Shown here piece by piece: positions 29,516 to 38,268 of a DNA stretch of 64,000 nucleotides (position 1 is the first letter of the stretch; every line of letters begins with the position of its first letter). The DNA is taken from positions 96,001 through 160,000 of the forward strand of contig CAWHXY010000004.1 of the NCBI GenBank assembly GCA_963833575.1, in the 5' to 3' direction. Made by a program: the position numbers and the translations under genes. The notes below the pieces were generated by a model. That model ran no database searches. It was not told the origin of the DNA and saw nothing but the letters and a program-made list of their open reading frames with translations. Origin of the DNA: Candidatus Bathyarchaeota archaeon. Its GTDB lineage: Archaea > Thermoproteota > Bathyarchaeia > Bathyarchaeales > Bathycorpusculaceae.

Positions 29516-30046
29516 TTATAATTGTAGGTCGGCCATTTCCACTCTTCTGCGAAGTAACCTTGACCGCGTTTCAGCATAAACCTTCTTATCACTTAAAGAA
29601 AGACCAAGGTCATTAGCGGTTATCGCTAAAAGTTTTTGTACAAGAATTTGAGCAGCTCTTCCAATTTCTTCGATAGGAACGGTTGTTTCGTCACATGTTC
29701 CTATGCAACAGCATGCAAATGGAAAGTTCAAATCAACCTCAATTTTGTTTTTTTCGTAATCATAGTCCATTATTGTAAATGGTTCCATTCTGCAAACTTG
29801 AGGTCTCACAGGGTAAATATCACATTTATTATCTTTTGTTAGAAAATAGCAGCTTTCATCTTTTTTTCTAAGGATCCAACGAACCCCGTTTGTGTCTGGG
29901 CTGCTCAAAAAATCAGTGAAGCCTCTTGCTTCAATACGTTTCTGTTCGGTTTTACTCACATCTGGTGGCTGCATGCGGCAACAGGCACCACAGTTTTTGC
30001 ATCGAAAACCCACAGAATCAGGGAAGACTACGTTGTTAAAGTTCAA
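29516..30046 (-). CDS. YkgJ-family (CxxCxxCC) protein
   Basis: CKNCGACC, CYFL, CDIYPVRPQVCRMEPF. Confidence 0.9.
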   Translation of the reverse strand: MNFNNVVFPDSVGFRCKNCGACCRMQPPDVSKTEQKRIEARGFTDFLSSPDTNGVRWILRKKDESCYFLTKDNKCDIYPVRPQVCRMEPFTIMDYDYEKNKIEVDLNFPFACCCIGTCDETTVPIEEIGRAAQILVQKLLAITANDLGLSLSDKKVYAETRSRLLRRRVEMADLQL

Positions 30047-30166
30047 GGTGAAGATGGATTGGAAAAAATGCTTTATTTAGGTTGTGTGACGAAACTCAAA
30101 TAACGTTTGATGAGTTATGTGAATACTTAAATAATTTCAGCTCTTGTATTTTCTCCGGGCTGAGTT

Positions 30167-31594
30167 ATGAACACCACGGAATCAAAGATTTGCTTTTTTA
30201 ATACGCTAACGCGAAAAAAAGAAGTTTTTAAGCCGTTGGAAGCAGGCAAAGTGAAAATGTACACCTGCGGTCCAACCGTTTACGATTACGCTCATATTGG
30301 TAATTTTCGTGCTTTCTTGTTTGAAGACTTGTTGAAGCGTTGGCTTATGCGACGAGGCTTCAAAGTCGCCCACGTAATGAATTTGACAGATATTGATGAT
30401 AAGACTATCAAAGGCAGCCAAAAGCAACAGGTGCCGCTTAGGCAATTCACTGAGTTCTATGTTAACGCATTCTTTGAAGACATCAAAGCCCTCAACATTC
30501 AACCTGCCGACGTTTATCCTCGAGCCACCGATTTTGTTTCAGAGATGGTTACTTTAATCAAGACTTTGTTGATTAAGGGAATCGCTTACAAAGGTGAGGA
30601 TGGATCCATCTACTACTCTGTGTGTAAGTTTCCAAACTATGGAAAACTATCTAAAATCAAAGTGGACGAGCTTAAGGCAGGTGCAAGGGTGAAGCAAGAT
30701 GAGTATGAGAAGGAAGAAGCTCACGACTTCGCTTTGTGGAAAGCTTGGACACCAGAGGATGGCGACGTGTTTTGGGAGACCGAACTTGGCAAGGGAAGAC
30801 CAGGTTGGCACATCGAATGTTCTGCGATGTCGATGAAATATCTTGGCGAAACTTTTGATATTCACTGCGGCGGAGTCGACAACATGTTTCCTCATCATGA
30901 AAATGAAATAGCTCAAAGCGAGGCAGCGACAGGCAAGAAGTTTGTTGATTATTGGATGCATAATGAGCACTTGCTTGTTGAAGGCAAAAAAATGGCTAAG
31001 CGCCTTGGCAACTTCTACACTCTTCGCGACCTGCTGGCGAAGGGTTATGATCCAATTGCGATTAGGTACTTACTTATGTCTACTCATTATCGGCAGCAGT
31101 TTAACTTTACTTTTGAAGGGTTAGATTCTGCGAAAAGCGCTGTAGACAGACTGAGAAATTTTGTGCGCCGTTTACATGAAGTTGATGTTGGAAAGGATAG
31201 CAAAGGAAAAGTCGCCACATTAACCGCAAAGCTCGAGGCTTGCTTTGGCAGTTCAATGGATGAAGACTTAGACATTGGCACAGGGCTGGCATCATTGTTT
31301 GATTTTGTACGAGAAATAAACAACCTGCTTGATGCAAACATGATAAGCAAATCTGAGGCATCAGAAGTTGGAGGATTGATGATGCTGCTAGATGAAGTAT
31401 TGGGTGTTATTGGCAAAGTAGAGGTAGAGGAAGCCTTGACAGCAGACATTGATGTTATGGTTCAGAAACGTGAGGCAGCCAGGAAAACCAAAAATTGGAA
31501 AGAAGCTGACGAGATAAGATCGCAGCTTAAGGCAATGGGCATTGTACTTGAGGATACGGCGCAAGGTGTTCGGTGGCACAAAGAAAGAGTTTGA
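30167..31594 (+). CDS. cysS: Cysteine--tRNA ligase
   Basis: CGPTVY, HIGN, GRPGWHIEC, FPHHENE; KMSKS site reads KMAKR. Confidence 0.98.
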   Translation: MNTTESKICFFNTLTRKKEVFKPLEAGKVKMYTCGPTVYDYAHIGNFRAFLFEDLLKRWLMRRGFKVAHVMNLTDIDDKTIKGSQKQQVPLRQFTEFYVNAFFEDIKALNIQPADVYPRATDFVSEMVTLIKTLLIKGIAYKGEDGSIYYSVCKFPNYGKLSKIKVDELKAGARVKQDEYEKEEAHDFALWKAWTPEDGDVFWETELGKGRPGWHIECSAMSMKYLGETFDIHCGGVDNMFPHHENEIAQSEAATGKKFVDYWMHNEHLLVEGKKMAKRLGNFYTLRDLLAKGYDPIAIRYLLMSTHYRQQFNFTFEGLDSAKSAVDRLRNFVRRLHEVDVGKDSKGKVATLTAKLEACFGSSMDEDLDIGTGLASLFDFVREINNLLDANMISKSEASEVGGLMMLLDEVLGVIGKVEVEEALTADIDVMVQKREAARKTKNWKEADEIRSQLKAMGIVLEDTAQGVRWHKERV

Positions 31595-31629
31595 AATACA
31601 TTTAGTAATTTAGTAGAAAAAGATTTTTA

Positions 31630-32187
31630 ATGCACAAGTTTCTTTCTGCAAAGAGAGATTACTTAAAAATGCAATTTGTTCCATGGCAAAACATAGCGGA
31701 GTGGCATTGCAAAGCATGCGGTTACTGCTGCAAACTTTACAGCGTAGTCCTGGGTTTTCCAGAGTGGCTAAGAATCACCCAAACCTACGGCTCAGAAACC
31801 ACCGTAGCAGGCTTAGACCGATTCTACATAAAACGTTCCAGCGACGGCTCCTGTGCATTTCTATGCAACAAAGCAAACGACTATCACTGCGCCCTGCAAA
31901 ACACGAAGCCTAACGCGTGCAAAATCTGGCCCTTCAAAGTCCTCTCTGAGCCCAAATACGGCGAACCAAACGAAGCGGCTTATGATTATGGAGGCGTGCG
32001 TTTCTACATTTATGGAGACACCATGTGCAGTGGCATACGGACTGGCACTCCAACATGGGACTTCCGCTACAAAACCATAAAAGAATTTACTGAACTATCA
32101 CTTGGGCTAAGACAGGTACAGTATAAAACGACAAGACCTGATACATTTAAACCACAAGAAAAGTGGGGCAGACAACTATTTCCATAG
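31630..32187 (+). CDS. YkgJ-family (CxxCxxCC) protein; start probably ATG 31669
   Basis: CKACGYCC, CAFL, KPNACKIWPF. Confidence 0.85.
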   Translation: MHKFLSAKRDYLKMQFVPWQNIAEWHCKACGYCCKLYSVVLGFPEWLRITQTYGSETTVAGLDRFYIKRSSDGSCAFLCNKANDYHCALQNTKPNACKIWPFKVLSEPKYGEPNEAAYDYGGVRFYIYGDTMCSGIRTGTPTWDFRYKTIKEFTELSLGLRQVQYKTTRPDTFKPQEKWGRQLFP

Positions 32188-32308
32188 AATTATTTTTGAA
32201 ATCTAGGCTCTTTTTAACCCGCATTTCAAGATTTTCCCCAATTAGGTTATTAAGCGAGTTTTAGACAACTAACCTTCAAACTCTGTTAACAAAATGAGGT
32301 AACTGTGT

Positions 32309-33091
32309 ATGTCTAAAGCTAAAGTCGGCATCTCAATGCTCTATTGCTTGGGCGAACCATTCAATCGCATGGTTAAACGTTTAGGCACGATGAACACACG
32401 AACCGTTGAAGTTTTGGATGACGGAACCCACGAACTTAACAAAAACAGAATCAGCACTCTTAAAGAAACCGCCAAATCCTTTAGCATAGAATATACCTTG
32501 CATGCTCCTTTCGCAGACATTAACATCGCTTCCCCATCTAAAACCATGCTAAAGGCTTCTATGAAACGCCTCAAACAATCCATGATTTACGCAAACCAAT
32601 TAGATGCTAAAGTTTGGGTTTTCCATCCTGGAGCAAAAACAGGCATAGGCCAATTCTATCCTGGCGCTGACTGGAAGCAAAATATTGAAAGCATTCAAGA
32701 TCTCTACAAAATTGCTGAAGAATATGGCATAAACATGGCTTTGGAGAATTTGCCTGCAAAATACTATTTCTTCATGAGTAAACCAGAAGAGTTTGCTCGT
32801 TTCTATCGTGAAACAAACTTGCCTGTTGGCATTGTCTTGGACATCGGACATGCTAATTTGGAAGGTCAAATTGAACCGTTCTTCAAATTGCTAGCAGACA
32901 AAATTGTTCATGTACACGCTAGCGACAACGATGGCTCAGATGATCAGCACTTAGGCATAGGGCTAGGCAAAATCGATTATAACGCATTCGCGCAAACCCT
33001 AACACAAATAGGATATAACAAATCTGTAATAATCGAATCCATTACAAACGTGCCAGAAAGCATCCAGAAACTAAAAGCACTTCTCGCTTAG
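32309..33091 (+). CDS. Sugar phosphate isomerase/epimerase (AP endonuclease 2 TIM barrel)
   Basis: LHAPFADINIAS, FHPG, ALEN, DIGHA, HVHASDNDGSDDQH. Confidence 0.9.
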   Translation: MSKAKVGISMLYCLGEPFNRMVKRLGTMNTRTVEVLDDGTHELNKNRISTLKETAKSFSIEYTLHAPFADINIASPSKTMLKASMKRLKQSMIYANQLDAKVWVFHPGAKTGIGQFYPGADWKQNIESIQDLYKIAEEYGINMALENLPAKYYFFMSKPEEFARFYRETNLPVGIVLDIGHANLEGQIEPFFKLLADKIVHVHASDNDGSDDQHLGIGLGKIDYNAFAQTLTQIGYNKSVIIESITNVPESIQKLKALLA

Positions 33092-34011
33092 CTTTCTTTA
33101 AGCGGCAATTCCAGCTCCAAAAAATCCTCAGCTACGATTGTGTTAGCAAATATTTTTTTGGCTTGGTCTAAAAGCAATGTGGCATCTGGGTACCTTGCGC
33201 TGATATGTGTCAAAACCAACTGTTTTGCTCCTGCAGCTTTCGTTTCTTCTGCTGCCTGGCTAGGCGTCGAATGCCCATCCAACCTCGCTTTCTCTATCAA
33301 TGAATCGTCAAAGGTGCTCTCATGAATCACCAAATCGGCGTTTTCCGCAAACTTCGCAAACCCTTCGAATGGTCGAGTATCCCCTGTGTAAACAATTTTT
33401 CTTCCAGCCCTAAGCGGCCCCATCACATCGCTTGGCTTAACCACTTTGCCATCAGCAAGTTTAATCTCATGTCCAGCTTGAAGCTTAGACCATAACTCAC
33501 CTTTGGGAACAGCAAATGCTTGGGCTTTTTTAGGGTAAAATTTTCCAGGTCGCGGCTTTTCCAAAAATGCATAAGCATAACTTTGAACTGCATGATCAGA
33601 CTTGATGCCTATTACGGTATAATCTTCTTCATTTAGAATTTCGCCCTCATTGAGAATCTCGTTAATTTCTACTGGAAATGTTAAGCCAAAATTGAGGGTT
33701 TCTTTGGTGCAAACTAGAAAATCCTTAATCCCCGGCGGTCCATAAATTGTAACTGGTTCTTTGCGATCCATTAGTGCCATAGTTTGAAGAACCCCTGGCA
33801 ACCCCAACACGTGGTCTCCATGCAGGTGGGTGAGGAAGACTTTTAGTTTTTTGTGAAAACTCACTTTTCCCTGCATCATCTGTCGCTGAGTATTTTCGCC
33901 GCAGTCAAACATCCAGAGCCCCTTAGGACACTGAACGACAACAGAAGGCAAGCTACGCTTTAGAGTTGGTACGCTGCCGCTGGTTCCCAGAAACACCACT
34001 CGAATACTCAT
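33088..34011 (-). CDS. rnz: Ribonuclease Z
   Basis: THLHGDH, flexible arm, YTGDT, HEST, GHST, LTHISARY. Confidence 0.96.
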   Translation of the reverse strand: MSIRVVFLGTSGSVPTLKRSLPSVVVQCPKGLWMFDCGENTQRQMMQGKVSFHKKLKVFLTHLHGDHVLGLPGVLQTMALMDRKEPVTIYGPPGIKDFLVCTKETLNFGLTFPVEINEILNEGEILNEEDYTVIGIKSDHAVQSYAYAFLEKPRPGKFYPKKAQAFAVPKGELWSKLQAGHEIKLADGKVVKPSDVMGPLRAGRKIVYTGDTRPFEGFAKFAENADLVIHESTFDDSLIEKARLDGHSTPSQAAEETKAAGAKQLVLTHISARYPDATLLLDQAKKIFANTIVAEDFLELELPLKES

Positions 34012-35057
34012 TGTTTTTGCACCTTTTCGAACACGGCTATTTCCCTTGTCAGACTTCTATGGATGAAGGCGAAATGGGACTCCACATGTCTATAGCCTAA
34101 AGCTTCGCCCAACGCTTTAAGCTGTAATGTTTTAGGAGAGGCAATACAAATCCGTTGCCCCACTCCCAACAAACCGTACGTTGAAGCCAAAACATCCTGC
34201 ACCAACTGCTTAGTCGTAGATTTTAACGTACTGGAGGATCTTCCATAAGGAGGGTCAGTAACCACACAATCAACCTTATAGAATGGCAACTTACGAGCAT
34301 CAGCCAAAACCAGCCCTTCAGCCGATATGTTGAAAAAACGCAGGTTTTTTCTGGTGCCTCCAATCATTCGTCTCTGAGCGTCTACACCTACTGCTCTGCA
34401 GCCGATGTAGGTGGCTTCAATTAGCGAAGTGCCAGTCCCGCAAAATGGATCGAGCACCAAAGCCTCAGTTTTGCCATGGGCTAAGTTTACCATGCAACGT
34501 GCCATCTTAGAGGGCATCGCAGATGGGTGAAAAAAGGGTTTTTTGCGTGGTCTACGCTCTGAGAAAGTTTTTGAGGTTATATCTGTGAGTTTTAAACCTA
34601 AAATTAGCTTTTCATCAGTTATTATGCCTAGGAATGTTTTATCTGGGTTCTTTAGGCTTACTTTTGTCCCTTCGGTTCTATCTAATATTTGCTTGCCTAG
34701 TTTGCCTTCAAGCACCATTGTATTCAACGCTTCGTCAGCGTAGTTTTTAATGCGGTTGATCCGCACAGCGAAGCTTTCGCCAGCTTTTAGCACAGATTTG
34801 AAGTCGGTCTCGGAAGCCGCCTTTGCAACATCATTGTGGTTTGCGTTCGATACAAAAAGCTCTAACGCACAAACGCGTGTGTACGCTGAGCGAACTTGAA
34901 TCGTTTGCACGCTACCCAGCTCTGCTTCCAAACGCAGGATCTGATCAAATTCATCAGCATTCTTGTATTGGTAGCCTTCAGCTTCCAAAATCGCTTTAAC
35001 TTCGGCTGCAGGCAGGGATTTGTTCTCGCCTGATAATAGAAAGAATAGTTTAGGCAC
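34008..35057 (-). CDS. trm11: THUMP-domain tRNA m2G10 methyltransferase
   Basis: LLSGE, PFFHP, LDPFCGTG, TDPPYGRS. Confidence 0.9.
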   Translation of the reverse strand: MPKLFFLLSGENKSLPAAEVKAILEAEGYQYKNADEFDQILRLEAELGSVQTIQVRSAYTRVCALELFVSNANHNDVAKAASETDFKSVLKAGESFAVRINRIKNYADEALNTMVLEGKLGKQILDRTEGTKVSLKNPDKTFLGIITDEKLILGLKLTDITSKTFSERRPRKKPFFHPSAMPSKMARCMVNLAHGKTEALVLDPFCGTGTSLIEATYIGCRAVGVDAQRRMIGGTRKNLRFFNISAEGLVLADARKLPFYKVDCVVTDPPYGRSSSTLKSTTKQLVQDVLASTYGLLGVGQRICIASPKTLQLKALGEALGYRHVESHFAFIHRSLTREIAVFEKVQKQ

Positions 35058-35938
35058 TATTTCCGCGCCTTAAGTTCTTGACTAATAAGCGGTGCCAAAG
35101 AAACCTTACTAACGTTGCCAGGAACGCTGTCAGTGCCTACTATTTCCTCCACACCAGCGTCCAAAATGCGCTTCTCTGCATCTCCAATTAGTAAGCCATG
35201 GACACACCCACAGAAAACATGTTTGGCGCCTTGTTCACAAAGAATTTTTGCGGCTCCTACTATGGTGCCCCCAGTGCTGATAATATCGTCTAAGATGATG
35301 ACGGTTTGACCTTTCACGTTTAAGCCCTCTGCGGTCTGTTTGGTTTGTCCAGTATATCGGTCACGCACTTTATCCAAATGCCCCACTTCGCCGCCTAAAA
35401 CTGCCTGCGCTTGTTTCGCAATATACATAGCACCTTTGTCAGGAGACAGGGCAAATGCACCTTTGAAGCCCTTATCAACAAAGTGTTGTGCCAAAAATGG
35501 TATGGCACTTACTGTTTTGGCTGGAAACGGAAACTGTGTAAGCGCGGATTCTGAGTGAATGTTAACTGTGACTAATTCGTCGATTCCAGCGGCTTTGAGC
35601 ATCTTTGCGATAGTTTCAACGCTGATTCCTTCGCCTGCCAGAAACATCTTGTCTTGACGCGCATATGCCAAATATGGAACAACAGCGGTGATTTTATTTG
35701 CTCCTCCACGCTTGGCGGCGTCAGCCATGAATGCTAACTGAAAAAGCCGTCCATCCTGAGCAGGAGGACAAGTCGTCTGAACAATAACTACTTCTTCGCC
35801 CTGCACGCTACCTTCCAAACGCACATACGATTCCCCATCAGGAAAAATCTTGGCTGCAACAGGAATATTTTGGTAGCCTGTCAAGCTTGAAACTTTTTCA
35901 GCGAGATCTTTGGATGCTGGACCAGAGATAATTTTCAT
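35057..35938 (-). CDS. prs: Ribose-phosphate pyrophosphokinase
   Basis: FPDGESYVR, PYLAYARQD, DDIISTGGT. Confidence 0.96.
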   Translation of the reverse strand: MKIISGPASKDLAEKVSSLTGYQNIPVAAKIFPDGESYVRLEGSVQGEEVVIVQTTCPPAQDGRLFQLAFMADAAKRGGANKITAVVPYLAYARQDKMFLAGEGISVETIAKMLKAAGIDELVTVNIHSESALTQFPFPAKTVSAIPFLAQHFVDKGFKGAFALSPDKGAMYIAKQAQAVLGGEVGHLDKVRDRYTGQTKQTAEGLNVKGQTVIILDDIISTGGTIVGAAKILCEQGAKHVFCGCVHGLLIGDAEKRILDAGVEEIVGTDSVPGNVSKVSLAPLISQELKARK

Positions 35939-36074
35939 CTAACTTTAGCCTCTTGCCCTTTAAAATACAAGTTCAGGTTTTAAGGCTTTATCCATTTTTC
36001 ATAACAACATCAGAGAATTTTGCATAATAGTTTTAAGCTTAACTCATTTTTTCATTGGCAAAGGTTGAATATCT

Positions 36075-36857
36075 ATGGATACTTGGCGTTTTCTGCCTCT
36101 TGAAACCAACAATGCCTTCATGAATATGGCAATTGACGAGGCAATCCTAACGGCTCGAATCTCTGGGCAAGTTCCAAACACACTGAGGTTTTATCGTTGG
36201 CAACCATCTGCTGTCAGCATTGGCAAAAACCAAAACCCTCAAACTGAGATTTACCTTGATGCTTGCCAAAAGCTGGGGGTTGATGTAGTTCGGCGGATTA
36301 GTGGAGGCGGCACTGTTTATCATGATTTTGAGGGCGAAATCACCTACAGCGTTATCGCTAAAGTTGCTGACTTGGGCACCGCCGACGTTACCTCTGTTTA
36401 CGTGAAAATTTACGAGGCGATAAAGGATGCACTTAGACTTCTGGGGATAACCGCAGACTTCAGCTCTGGCGACGCAAAAAACTGCCCAAACATGACTGTT
36501 GCCGGCAAAAAGATTTCAGGCAGCAGCCAAACCATCACGCGAGGAGTTGTTCTTCAGCATGGAACTTTGTTACGAAGTGTAGATTTGCCAAAAATGTTTC
36601 AGCTCTTAAAACTTAAAGATGCAAGTTGCACTCAAGCCGCCGATATAGCCAAACGTAAAATTACCAGTATCCAAAACGAATTAGGCCACACTGTTATGCC
36701 TGAAACGATCGCCAACGCTCTCGCACAGGGGTTTAAAGCCATCCTAAAGATTCAACTTGAGCTGGGCAAATTATCTCCCACTGAAGCTGAGCTTGCAAAT
36801 AAACTCTCCAAAGACAAGTACTCCTTCAAAGAATGGAATTTTGTTAACAAAAACTAA
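36075..36857 (+). CDS. lplA: Lipoate-protein ligase A / LipM family
   Basis: NMAIDEAIL, VVRRISGGGTVYHD, KKISGSSQ, LQHGTL. Confidence 0.9.
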   Translation: MDTWRFLPLETNNAFMNMAIDEAILTARISGQVPNTLRFYRWQPSAVSIGKNQNPQTEIYLDACQKLGVDVVRRISGGGTVYHDFEGEITYSVIAKVADLGTADVTSVYVKIYEAIKDALRLLGITADFSSGDAKNCPNMTVAGKKISGSSQTITRGVVLQHGTLLRSVDLPKMFQLLKLKDASCTQAADIAKRKITSIQNELGHTVMPETIANALAQGFKAILKIQLELGKLSPTEAELANKLSKDKYSFKEWNFVNKN

Positions 36858-36920
36858 AGATGTAACTTGTGTCAGCCTACACTGTCTCCACCTTACCTGT
36901 TTTTGGCTTGATATTCGCGA

Positions 36921-37290
36921 TTAAATACGATTGAACGCGACTAAACTAGCTTAAAAGAGCTTGAAATAGCTTAAAAGGGCTTAAGCTGGCTTAAAATAGC
37001 TTAAAATACACTCAACCTACAAACGATTCAGACCCTAAATCAAAAAAGCAACTTAAAGCAAACAGAAATTTTTTTTCCCCAGAAATCCTCGTTAAAGATT
37101 GATTAAAAGCAATTTTGAGCTATAATTTGGCTCCACAGCAACTCGATTAATAATGTCAAAAAATGTCAATTTGTGTCAAATTGTGTCAAATTATGTCAAA
37201 AAATGTATCAACCTGCAGCCAATTCAAGCCCCAAACCAAAAAAACAACCCAAAACCCAAAGAAAAAAATTGCACCAAAAAATGCAAATAT
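36921..37290 (+). repeat. Dispersed non-coding element, locus 2: two tandem copies with different 10-bp arrays
   Basis: TTAAAATAGC-type decamers (36921-37010) plus core; TTGTGTCAAA-type decamers (37151-37206) plus diverged core ending TGCAAATAT as at 10406-10414. Confidence 0.88.
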
Positions 37291-37314
37291 AAAGAACTTA
37301 ACTGAAGTAGAAAG

Positions 37315-37791
37315 TTATGGTTTTCTGTATAGGTAGATTGTGTGTGAGGGGTAGCCTAGTTGGGGGTTTTCGCAGAAATTTTCAACTTTTTCTGGGTGCC
37401 AACCTATAATTTCGTAGTCATGTGAGACTACACGAGCGCCTTTTTTCAGGTCGCTGTCGAGTTTGGGTCTGATCTTCTCATTTGCACTGGTGGTTAAGTA
37501 TAGGTAGACTACGTCTGCTGAGGTTAAGTTAACGTTAAACATGTCACTGTTCACGATGGTTACTCTGTCTTCTAAACCATTCTCGTGAATGTTACTCATC
37601 GCTTTTTTCGCCAAATCTTCCCGCAACTCTATTCCTACACCTCTTGCACCGAAAGTTTTAGCTGCCATAATAACTGTTCTGCCATCTCCAGAGCCCATAT
37701 CAAACAGAACTTCACCAGCTTTCAAACCAGACAATTTCAGCATATATTCTACAACGGTGTTTGGACTTGGAACAAAAGGAGCAATAAACAT
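37315..37791 (-). CDS. SAM-dependent methyltransferase (protein-lysine methyltransferase-like)
   Basis: APFVPSP, DMGSGDGR, ADVVYLYL, VVSHDY. Confidence 0.85.
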   Translation of the reverse strand: MFIAPFVPSPNTVVEYMLKLSGLKAGEVLFDMGSGDGRTVIMAAKTFGARGVGIELREDLAKKAMSNIHENGLEDRVTIVNSDMFNVNLTSADVVYLYLTTSANEKIRPKLDSDLKKGARVVSHDYEIIGWHPEKVENFCENPQLGYPSHTIYLYRKP

Positions 37792-37826
37792 TCAATACCT
37801 CACCTTTCCAAAATTACCAATCATGC

Positions 37827-38153
37827 TTACGCCACATATGCATCTTTTTTCGGAACCGGCCGTCTAGCTTCGCCACATTTTACGCAGCTTTGACCGCACA
37901 ATTCAAGATATTTTTCTTCATCCGCCGACCCGACTGCTTTAGCTGCCTTAGTACAGAGTTCGCTAGGTTCAGAGCAACCTTCCTCTTTGCACAGATTTGA
38001 AATATATTGGCAAATTTCCTGAACATCTTTAGGTTCCAACACAGCCCTATTTGTACGAACAAGCAAGCAAAGTTCCCTTGCCATAACACAGGTTTTGACG
38101 TATTTAACTCGTTCAAGAACTTCATCGCGTAGATTCTTTCGGCTTATTTCCAC
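37827..38153 (-). CDS. Cys-rich hypothetical protein
   Basis: Nine Cys including CGQSCVKC; ends AYVA. Confidence 0.75.
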   Translation of the reverse strand: MEISRKNLRDEVLERVKYVKTCVMARELCLLVRTNRAVLEPKDVQEICQYISNLCKEEGCSEPSELCTKAAKAVGSADEEKYLELCGQSCVKCGEARRPVPKKDAYVA

Positions 38154-38268
38154 TCTTTTTTTATCTCCTGCAGGTGCTATAAGCAGATAACCAGAAATAG
38201 CAGGTCTAGGTTTAAAAAGCTGCTGTTATTCCCCCAAGACACACAATTCTATAAAGAGTTAACAGTAC

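Noticed and set aside
36921-37290. CRISPR array interpretation of the repeats
   Set aside because: Units are 10 bp and contiguous, with no unique spacers and no cas genes in the window
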